NCBI GenBank assembly: GCA_039588295.1
Contig: JBDHAB010000006.1
Span: forward strand, 96,001-160,000
Source: Gemmatimonadota bacterium
GTDB taxonomy: Bacteria > Gemmatimonadota > Gemmatimonadetes > Gemmatimonadales > GWC2-71-9
Length of the DNA stretch: 64,000 nt
Direction: 5' to 3'
In this document: one piece after another, positions 56,531 to 64,000 of the stretch
Position numbering within the stretch: position 1 is the first letter of the stretch
Layout of the letters: each line of letters opens with the position of its first letter
Notes under the pieces: generated by a model
Seen by the model: the letters and a program-made list of their open reading frames with translations, nothing else
Told to the model about the DNA's origin: nothing
The model's database searches: none
Translations under genes and position numbers: made by a program

Positions 56531-57883
56531 ATGCCAGCGTTTGAGCACGTAAAGGTTCCCCAGGGGGACCTGATCACAATTGAGGGCGGTCGCCCGGTCG
56601 TCGGGGACCATCCGATCATCGGTTCGCTGCGCGGCGACGGGATCGGACTGGATATCACGCCAACGATGCAGAATGTGGTGGGGGCAGCGGTCGACCGTGC
56701 GTACGGCGGCAAGCGCGCCATCATCTGGTGCCCGCTCTTCGCCGGGCTCGAGGGGTTGCGCACGTATGGCAAGGTGCTTCCCGAGGAGACCATCGAGGCG
56801 ATCAAGTATCTCAAAGTCGCGATCAAAGGTCCCTTTACCACCCCAATCGGTGAAGAGACCCACGTGTGCCTGAACTGCGCGCACCAACAGTATCACGCCG
56901 GCACATGCGATAATTGCGGCAAGACGGATACGGTCACCGAGCGGTATCGCTCGATCAACGTCGGGCTTCGCCAAGCGATGGATCTGTTCGCGTGTGTGAG
57001 ACCCGTCCGGTACTTCGATGGTGTACCGGCACCGAACAAGTACGCCGACCGTGTGGACTTCGTGATCTTTCGAGAGAACACGGAGGACGTCTACGCCGGC
57101 CACGATTTCGAACGGGGCTCGGCGGTGGCCCGGGCGATCATCGACCTGATCAAGGAACGCACGGGCCGGCAGATCCGGGCGGACAGCGGCATCGGGGTGA
57201 AGCCGATTTCGGTCACCGGCACGAAGCGCCTCGTTCGCATGGCGTGCCAGTGGGCGATCACGCAAGACCTCCCCTCGGTGACGTTGGTGCATAAGGGCAA
57301 CATCATGAAGTTCACCGAGGGGTCGTTTGCGAAGTGGGGTTACGAGGTCGCGGCGGAGGAATTCGGCGACAGATTCGTGACCGAGAAACGCCTTTGGGAG
57401 GAGCTGGATGGCAAGCTGCCCGACGGCAAGATTCTCCTCAAAGACCGGATCGCCGACTCCATTTTCCAGCAGATTCAAACGCGTCCCGATGAGTACAGTG
57501 TGTTCGCGCTGCCCAATCTGAATGGCGATTACCTCTCCGATGCGGCGATCGCGTTGGTTGGCGGACTGGGGCTCGGGCCCGGTGCCAACATTGGAACCGA
57601 GGTCGCACTCTTCGAAGCGACGCATGGCACGGCGCCGAAATACACTGGTATGGACAAGGTGAATCCCGGCTCACTGATCCTGTCTGCGGTGATGATGCTG
57701 CATCACATGGGATGGAACGAGGCGGCGGACCTCATCGTGCACGGGATGCAACAGGCCATCAAGGACAGACACGTGACCTACGACTTGGCCCGTCTCATGA
57801 AGGGCGAGGGCCGAACCGATGTGACCGAAGTATCCTGTTCCGGCTTCGGAGAGGCGATCATCGCAAGGATGGAATCGGCGTAG
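56531..57883 (+). CDS. icd: NADP-dependent isocitrate dehydrogenase (E. coli type) with Cys-rich insert
   Basis: GDGIG, KGPFTTP, RSIN, FRENTED, VHKGNIMK, NLNGDYLSD, HGTAPKY, TYDLAR. Confidence 0.95.
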   Translation: MPAFEHVKVPQGDLITIEGGRPVVGDHPIIGSLRGDGIGLDITPTMQNVVGAAVDRAYGGKRAIIWCPLFAGLEGLRTYGKVLPEETIEAIKYLKVAIKGPFTTPIGEETHVCLNCAHQQYHAGTCDNCGKTDTVTERYRSINVGLRQAMDLFACVRPVRYFDGVPAPNKYADRVDFVIFRENTEDVYAGHDFERGSAVARAIIDLIKERTGRQIRADSGIGVKPISVTGTKRLVRMACQWAITQDLPSVTLVHKGNIMKFTEGSFAKWGYEVAAEEFGDRFVTEKRLWEELDGKLPDGKILLKDRIADSIFQQIQTRPDEYSVFALPNLNGDYLSDAAIALVGGLGLGPGANIGTEVALFEATHGTAPKYTGMDKVNPGSLILSAVMMLHHMGWNEAADLIVHGMQQAIKDRHVTYDLARLMKGEGRTDVTEVSCSGFGEAIIARMESA

Positions 57884-57914
57884 CGACCCGCCCCCATCGA
57901 CGGGGGTAAAGGGG

Positions 57915-57961
57915 GAGCCCCGGAGCCCCGGAGCCGCGGAGGTCGGTGGCTGCGGGGCTTC
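57915..57961 (+). terminator. GC-rich stem-loop after icd
   Basis: AGCCCCGGAGCCGC..GTGGCTGCGGGGCT followed by T-containing tail. Confidence 0.5.
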
Positions 57962-57999
57962 GTGTCTCTAGCCGGCGGGACACGAGACCCGGAATGACC

Positions 58000-58027
58000 G
58001 GAACCCAGAGAGGCCCACCCGGTATTC
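58000..58027 (+). promoter_or_regulatory. Candidate ECF-type promoter for the DUF4159 operon
   Basis: GGAACC-N16-GTATTC. Confidence 0.45.
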
Positions 58028-58038
58028 ACAGTATTCGC

Positions 58039-58857
58039 GTGTTGGACCCTTTGACCACTGAGGACCTCCTGTCCCGAGCCGCCGCCCTGTCCGTTCTTGG
58101 CCTCGTGAGTGCCGCGGTGCTCTTCGCGGACCGTCCCGGACGGGCACCAGGGTCCGGAGGGCACCTGACGGCTGGGCAGGACACGGCCGTCGCACCACTA
58201 GGACGGTCATTCTACTTCACGAGGGTCGCGTACGGTGACTTGCTGCGTGGCCGGCGCGGGAGTTGGGCGACCGATTATCCCAAAGCCGACCGGCAGTTTC
58301 TCATCGGACTGCGACACCTCACCACCATCGACGCCTACGAGTTCGAGAACCCGATTCGCCTTGAGGACCCGCACCTGCGGCGGTTTCCCATCGTGTATGC
58401 GCTCGAAGTCGGGTACATGTCCCTCACGGATCCGGAAATCGTGGGCTTGCGGGAGTATCTTCTCGCCGGCGGACTCCTCGTAATCGACGATTTCTGGGGA
58501 ACCCGAGAGTGGGCCAACTTCGAATCGCAAATTCGGCGGGTATTGCCGGAGTACGTCATCGTCGACATTCCTCTGGATCATCCGTTGCTCCGCTCCTTCT
58601 ATCAGATCGACTCGATCCTCCAGGTGCCGGGACGCGGCGGTGGCATTGGCACTCGGCCGACGTGGCAGTACGACGGCTATGAGCCGGCGCTTCGCGGTAT
58701 CTTCGATGATCAAGGCCGGCTACTGGTCGCCATCAACTGGAACACCGATTTGGGGGATGCCTGGGAGTGGGCGGAGGATCCATGGTATCCCCTGCAATTC
58801 TCCAATTTCGCGTACCAACTGGGCGTGAACATGATTGTCTATGGCATGAGCCACTAG
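58039..58857 (+). CDS. DUF4159 domain protein (start uncertain)
   Basis: WATDYPKAD, LREYLLAGG, DDFWG, NTDLGDAWE, LGVN. Confidence 0.88.
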   Translation: MLDPLTTEDLLSRAAALSVLGLVSAAVLFADRPGRAPGSGGHLTAGQDTAVAPLGRSFYFTRVAYGDLLRGRRGSWATDYPKADRQFLIGLRHLTTIDAYEFENPIRLEDPHLRRFPIVYALEVGYMSLTDPEIVGLREYLLAGGLLVIDDFWGTREWANFESQIRRVLPEYVIVDIPLDHPLLRSFYQIDSILQVPGRGGGIGTRPTWQYDGYEPALRGIFDDQGRLLVAINWNTDLGDAWEWAEDPWYPLQFSNFAYQLGVNMIVYGMSH

Positions 58858-58861
58858 CACA

Positions 58862-61150
58862 ATGGTCGACTGGCTGTTTGTTGCGTTGTTCAAGTATCGT
58901 CTCGTCGTGTTCGAGCGGGGCGATCTGGTGTTCGACGCTCCGTGGCCGCTCGCCGTGGTGCTTCTCGCGGGTGCGGCCGTTGCGGTGCCCGCGACCGTCA
59001 TCTATGCGCGGACACACGGGCGGCTCGAGCGGCGGGACCGCGTGATACTCGCCGGGCTTCGTCTCGGGGCGATCGCGGTGCTCGTGTTCTGCTTGGCCCG
59101 ACCCATGCTGGTGATTGCCACCGTCGTCCCGCAACAGAACTTCCTCGGCATTCTCGTCGACGACTCCCGTAGCATGCGGATCCCGGATCAGTCCGGTGCA
59201 CCGCGCGGCAACTACGTCGGCGCCCAGTTCAGCCCGGACGGAAGCGAACTGTTGTCCGGTCTTTCGGAGCGCTTCAAGCTTCGGTTCTTTCGGTTTGCCG
59301 AGCACATTGAGCGGGTGGACGATGTGGGCGCGTTGGGCTACGCGGGCCGGCGAACGGATCTCGGACAGGCGCTTCATTCTGCACGGCGTGAGCTGGCGGG
59401 GGTGCCGCTCGCGGGTCTCGTCGTGCTCACCGACGGCGCCGACAACTCGGGGACGCCCCTCACCGAAACCCTACTGCAACTCAAGGCTGCCGGCGTACCC
59501 GTTCACACTGTGGGCCTGGGGTCGGAACGGTTCGAGAAGGACATCGCGCTACGGCGCGTTGCCCCGCCGCGAGCGGTACTGCGGGGCTCCTCCGTGTCGG
59601 TCGACGTGACCGTGACGCAGAGTGGATTCGGACGGGAAACCGTCCGACTGACGGTTGAGGATGCCGGTCGGATCCTCAGCTCCCAGGATGTGCGGCTCCC
59701 CGCCGGTGACGAGCCGGTGACGGTGCCGGTCCACTTCACGGCAGAGGAGTCCGGACCTCGAGTGTTCCGCTTCCGCATCGAACCGCACGAAGACGAGATC
59801 GTGACGGAGAACAACACGTTGGAGGCTCTCATCGTCGTGGAGGATGACCGCAGGAAGATCCTCTACTTTGAGGGAGAACCCCGGTTCGAGGTCAAGTTCC
59901 TGCGACGTGCCATCGCGGAAGACGAGAACCTCCACGTGGTTGTATTACAGCGCACCGCGGAGAACAAGTTCTACCGTCTCGACGTCGACGATCCGGATGA
60001 GCTGGAGGGCGGGTTCCCGGACACTCGTGAGGAGCTGTTCGCGTACGATGGCCTGATCCTCGGCAGCGTTGAGGCGAGCTTCTTCACGCTGGACCAGCTT
60101 CGGATGATCGGGGAGTTCGCGAGCCAGCGTGGGGGCGCGCTCCTCACGCTGGGTGGACGGCACGCGTTCGTGGAAGGCGGGTACGCCGGTACCCCCCTCG
60201 CGGAGGCGCTTCCCGTCGTGCTTCAGCAAGACGCGGCGAACGAACACCGGTTCTTTGCGGAGGTGAAGGTCGAGCTCACTCCGTTTGGGCGCTCCCACCC
60301 AGTCACCCAACTGGCAGCTTCGGCGGACGAGTCGGAAGCGAGGTGGAAGGAGCTGCCGCCGCTGTCGACTCTCAACCCATTGGGCGAGGTCAAGCCGGGT
60401 GCCAGTACACTGCTCTTGGGTCGTACAGAGGATGCCACCGATTCGTATGTCGTGCTCGCGTATCAGCGCTACGGCCGTGGAAAGGTGGTGGCGTTCCCGG
60501 TGCAGGACTCGTGGCAGTGGCAGATGCATGCAGACGTACCGCTCGACGATCTGACGCACGAGACGTTCTGGCGGCAGTTGCTGCGGTGGCTCGTGAGCGA
60601 CGTGACGGACCACGTGCGCGCGCTGACCTCCGCGGACCGGACGGAGCGTGGGATTCCGGTAACGGTGACAGCCGAGGTGACGGATTCCGGTTACGTCCGC
60701 GTGAACGGTGCCGAAGTATTTGCGACGGTCACGGCCCCCAGTGGAGACGTGCGGCGGGTTCCAATGGAGTGGACGGTGGAGCGAGACGGTGAGTATCGAA
60801 CCGAGTTCGCACCTGAGGAAGACGGACTCTACGAGATCAGCGTGCAAGCGGAGCAGGAGGGAACGTCATTCGGCCAGGCTCGATCGTTTGTGCAGGTGGG
60901 GGACATGCACGCCGAGTTCTTCGACGCGGAGATGCAAGCGGGACTGCTCCAGCGGGTTGCCGAGGAGACCGGTGGACACTTCTATACGCCGGCTACCGTG
61001 GGATCCTTGCCGGAGGATGTGAGTTTTACGGAGAGTGGCACGACGGTGCACGAAGAGCGGGATCTCTGGGATATGCCGGTGCTTCTGATTCTGCTGCTCG
61101 GTCTGTTCGGGGCGGAATGGGGTTATCGCCGCACCAGAGGGCTGGCATGA
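58862..61150 (+). CDS. Membrane protein with VWA (MIDAS), Ig-like and GATase-like domains
   Basis: N-terminal TMs, DDSRS/TD/LTDG MIDAS, EGEPRFE, YGRG, C-terminal TM..EWGYRR. Confidence 0.85.
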   Translation: MVDWLFVALFKYRLVVFERGDLVFDAPWPLAVVLLAGAAVAVPATVIYARTHGRLERRDRVILAGLRLGAIAVLVFCLARPMLVIATVVPQQNFLGILVDDSRSMRIPDQSGAPRGNYVGAQFSPDGSELLSGLSERFKLRFFRFAEHIERVDDVGALGYAGRRTDLGQALHSARRELAGVPLAGLVVLTDGADNSGTPLTETLLQLKAAGVPVHTVGLGSERFEKDIALRRVAPPRAVLRGSSVSVDVTVTQSGFGRETVRLTVEDAGRILSSQDVRLPAGDEPVTVPVHFTAEESGPRVFRFRIEPHEDEIVTENNTLEALIVVEDDRRKILYFEGEPRFEVKFLRRAIAEDENLHVVVLQRTAENKFYRLDVDDPDELEGGFPDTREELFAYDGLILGSVEASFFTLDQLRMIGEFASQRGGALLTLGGRHAFVEGGYAGTPLAEALPVVLQQDAANEHRFFAEVKVELTPFGRSHPVTQLAASADESEARWKELPPLSTLNPLGEVKPGASTLLLGRTEDATDSYVVLAYQRYGRGKVVAFPVQDSWQWQMHADVPLDDLTHETFWRQLLRWLVSDVTDHVRALTSADRTERGIPVTVTAEVTDSGYVRVNGAEVFATVTAPSGDVRRVPMEWTVERDGEYRTEFAPEEDGLYEISVQAEQEGTSFGQARSFVQVGDMHAEFFDAEMQAGLLQRVAEETGGHFYTPATVGSLPEDVSFTESGTTVHEERDLWDMPVLLILLLGLFGAEWGYRRTRGLA

Positions 61151-62145
61151 CCCGGTCTCTCGGGATCGCGGCGCTCCTCCTGATCGCCCTGGTGCTGGTA
61201 CCACGCGCTGTGGCGCAGACCTATCTGGTCGTTGTTGGAGGAATCGGCGGCGAGCCACGCTACTCCCGTGCGTTTGACGAGTGGTGCACGACCCTCGTCG
61301 CAGCAGCCGGCGAGCGGCTGGGCGTACCGCAGGGGCAGATCGTCTATCTAGCAGCGGCGCCTGCCGGACCGCCGGCCACCGATACGTCGACCAAGGCGAA
61401 TGTGGAATCCGTGCTGACTGCCCTCGCGGGGCGGGCGGAAGCGGATGCGAGCGTGTTCATCGTGCTCGTCGGTCACGGAAGCGCAGTGGGTGGGGCCTCG
61501 CGCTTTCATCTTCCGGGTCCCGACATCACCGCGCAGAACTTCGCTGCGTTGCTCGACGGGTTTCCCACGCAGCAAGTCGTCTTCGTGGCGCTGTCGAGTG
61601 CGAGCGGCGGCTTCGTTCAAGCGCTTTCAGGTGAACGGCGCACCATCATTACGGCGACGAGGTCCGGCTTCGAGCGCAATGAGACCGTGTTTCCCGAGTA
61701 CTTCGTCGAAGCGTTCGCCGCAACGGGGGCGGACACGGACAAGGACGAGCGGGTCTCGGTGCTCGAAGCATTCAACTATGCTCGTCGTGAGGTGCGTCGA
61801 TCGTACGAGAGCAACGGGCAGCTCCTGACCGAACATGCGTTGCTGGACGACAACGGCGACCGCGAAGGGAGTACGGAGCCGGACGCACAGGCGGGCGACG
61901 GGGCAGTGGCGAGTCAACTGTTCTTGCTCGGGACCCCTCGTGTGGCTGCGGCCACCGTTCCCGGGGACTCGGCATTGGTTCCGCTCTATGAAGAGCGAAC
62001 ACGGCTCGAACGGGCAGTCGCCGAATTGCGAACACGGAAGGAGCGAATGACGTCGGAGGCATACGAACGGGAACTCGAACGGCTGCTGCTCGCGCTGGCC
62101 CGAGTAAGCCGTGCCATCCGCGAGCGCGAGGGAGGGCCACGGTGA
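61147..62145 (+). CDS. Secreted caspase/C13-like-fold protein, probably lacking catalytic Cys, with C-terminal coiled coil
   Basis: VLVGHGS, SSASGGF, ITAT, DTDKDERVSVLEAF. Confidence 0.65.
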   Translation: MTRSLGIAALLLIALVLVPRAVAQTYLVVVGGIGGEPRYSRAFDEWCTTLVAAAGERLGVPQGQIVYLAAAPAGPPATDTSTKANVESVLTALAGRAEADASVFIVLVGHGSAVGGASRFHLPGPDITAQNFAALLDGFPTQQVVFVALSSASGGFVQALSGERRTIITATRSGFERNETVFPEYFVEAFAATGADTDKDERVSVLEAFNYARREVRRSYESNGQLLTEHALLDDNGDREGSTEPDAQAGDGAVASQLFLLGTPRVAAATVPGDSALVPLYEERTRLERAVAELRTRKERMTSEAYERELERLLLALARVSRAIREREGGPR

Positions 62146-64000
62146 AGACCACCCGGGCACGCTCGACACTCGCCCTGGCTTGCATCGCGGCGCTCACGGC
62201 AATGGTGGCCCAGCCGGCGGGAGCGCAAAACGACCTTGCGGCGGCCCGCGCTGCGTATCTCGCCGGTCGCTACGACGACGCAATCGCGCGATTCTCACGG
62301 CTTGCGGAACGCCAACCCGAGGCTGCGGTCTCGGTGCGCGGACTCGTTCAGACGCTGACGGAAGTCGGGCGATACGACCGGGCTACGAGGGTGGCGCGCC
62401 GCTTCGTCGAGCAAAACCCGACCTCGTCGGAGCTGTGGAACGCGCTAGGTGAAACGCTGGTGCTGCAAGGACGCCGCGAGGACGCCGAAGCAGCGTTTGC
62501 CAAGGCCGTTGCGGGTGGTGCCTCCGACAGCCTGACGGCGCGCCTCAACCTCGCGGTGCTACGATACCGGCAAGGGGATGTCGCTCGGGCCCTTCGGCAG
62601 TTCGACTCCTTCATCGACGTCTACAATCGCAGCACCGAGCTCACCTCGACACAACTGACCGCCGTGGCCACGGCGGTTCGGTACCTCGGTGTTGCCGATT
62701 GGCAGCTCTACGAGGATGCCTTGCGCGCGTACGACGAGGCGAGTGCCGCCGACCGCGACAACTTCGACGCGCAGCTATTGGTTGGCGACCTGTTCCTCGA
62801 GAAGTACGAGGGCACCGAGGCGCGACAGACGTTCGACGCGATCCTCGCGAGGAACCCGCAGCACCCGCGGGCCCTGCTTGGCCTGGCACGTACGCGTCGC
62901 TTTGCGGGCGGATCCGAGGCGATGGCGCTGGTCGAACGAAGTCTCGAGGTCAACCCGAGCCTCGTGCCGGCCCGGGTATTTCGTGCGTCCCTGCTGATCG
63001 AGGTCGATGCGTATGACGAGGCAGCGCAGGAGATCGATCGTGCGCTCGCGGTCGATCCCACATCACTCGAGGCCCTAGCGGTCCTCGGCGCCATCGAGTT
63101 TCTGCGCGGCGACGCCGAAGGGTTCTGGGAGACCCGTCGTCGGGCACTGGCGCTCAACCCGCGCTTTGCGGAGTTCTACAATACCTTGGCGGAGCTGAGT
63201 GCCCGGAACCGGTTGTACCACGAGGCAGTGCGACTCGCGTCGCAGGCCGTCGGAATGGACTCAACGTCGTGGCGCGGATTCGGCCTGCTCGGAATTAATC
63301 AGCTCCGTATCGGCTCGATGCGGGACGGTCGCGCCAACCTCGAGACGGCGTTTCGGGGAAACCCGTACGACGCATGGACGAAGAATACCCTCGACCTTCT
63401 CGACACGCTCGAGCAGTACGAGGAGCGCGCCACTCGCCGGTTTCGACTCGTCATCGACGCGAAGGAGGCGGATCTGCTCTCGTTGTACGCCGGGGAGCTC
63501 GCGGAGGATGCCTACGAGCGGCTGGCAGCCCGCTACGACTATTCACCGCCGGCCCCGGTTCGCATCGAGATCTATCCGCACCATGCGGACTTCTCGGTAC
63601 GCACGGTCGGGCTCGTGGGACTCGGGGCCCTGGGGGTGAGCTTCGGCCCCGTGGTAGCCATGGACTCACCGTCGGCGCGGCCTGCCGGGTCGTTTCACTG
63701 GGGATCCACGCTGTGGCATGAAATCGCGCACACGTTTCACCTGGGGATGAGCAATCACAAAGTCCCCCGGTGGTTCACGGAAGGGCTTGCCGTGTTCGAG
63801 GAGCGGCGCGCCAGAACGGGGTGGGGTGACAATGTCACCCCCGGCTTTCTCGTGGCGTACCGGGACGGGCGCCTGTTGCCGGTGAGCGAGCTGAACAACG
63901 GCTTCATGCGTCCGGCCTATCCGGAGCAGCTCGGGTTCTCGTACTACGAGGCGTCCCTGGTCTGTGAGTTGATTGAGCGGGACCACGGCCCGGACGCACT
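62142..64000 (+). CDS. Secreted TPR protein with gluzincin-like metallopeptidase domain, runs off right edge
   Basis: Not in ORF track. GTGA overlap; MKTTRARSTLALACIAAL..; TPRs; LWHEIAHTFH..VPRWFTEGLA. Confidence 0.88.
   Translation, partial: MKTTRARSTLALACIAALTAMVAQPAGAQNDLAAARAAYLAGRYDDAIARFSRLAERQPEAAVSVRGLVQTLTEVGRYDRATRVARRFVEQNPTSSELWNALGETLVLQGRREDAEAAFAKAVAGGASDSLTARLNLAVLRYRQGDVARALRQFDSFIDVYNRSTELTSTQLTAVATAVRYLGVADWQLYEDALRAYDEASAADRDNFDAQLLVGDLFLEKYEGTEARQTFDAILARNPQHPRALLGLARTRRFAGGSEAMALVERSLEVNPSLVPARVFRASLLIEVDAYDEAAQEIDRALAVDPTSLEALAVLGAIEFLRGDAEGFWETRRRALALNPRFAEFYNTLAELSARNRLYHEAVRLASQAVGMDSTSWRGFGLLGINQLRIGSMRDGRANLETAFRGNPYDAWTKNTLDLLDTLEQYEERATRRFRLVIDAKEADLLSLYAGELAEDAYERLAARYDYSPPAPVRIEIYPHHADFSVRTVGLVGLGALGVSFGPVVAMDSPSARPAGSFHWGSTLWHEIAHTFHLGMSNHKVPRWFTEGLAVFEERRARTGWGDNVTPGFLVAYRDGRLLPVSELNNGFMRPAYPEQLGFSYYEASLVCELIERDHGPDA

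Noticed and set aside
1..64000. CRISPR array, tRNA/rRNA, integron, IS, reverse transcriptase or prophage
   Set aside because: No repeat-spacer periodicity, cloverleaf, attC pattern or hallmark proteins were seen by eye.

Overview
A GC-rich bacterial chromosomal segment. Gene content (TolB/TPR Ser/Thr kinase, VPS10-like proteins, DUF4159 operon, many secreted hydrolases) suggests Gemmatimonadota or a similar lineage; this is inference only. I found no rRNA, tRNA, CRISPR array, integrase or transposase. Contents: a Tat-exported PaoABC-like Mo-oxidoreductase, HisN-like and PhoD-like phosphatases, c-di-GMP enzymes, two MacB/LolCDE-type ABC operons, an ECF/anti-sigma operon, peptidases, HutH, a MenA-like prenyltransferase, Trx-VKOR, icd, and the start of a DUF4159-VWA-caspase-like-TPR/metallopeptidase operon. 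Most notable: (1) an NADP-type isocitrate dehydrogenase with a 4-Cys zinc-ribbon-like insert directly before the regulatory serine; (2) a proline-racemase-family gene split by an ~8.5 kb integrase-free block that carries a sigma54 module (activator, -24/-12 promoter, paired UAS), HD, SEL1, M14-like and LemA/HtpX genes; (3) a 33-aa, 20/33 Lys+Arg ORF absent from the ORF track; (4) several lesions (ggt deletion, lemA indel, gene remnants) that may be real decay or assembly error. Family calls come from motif recognition by eye, not database searches. Start positions are best estimates.
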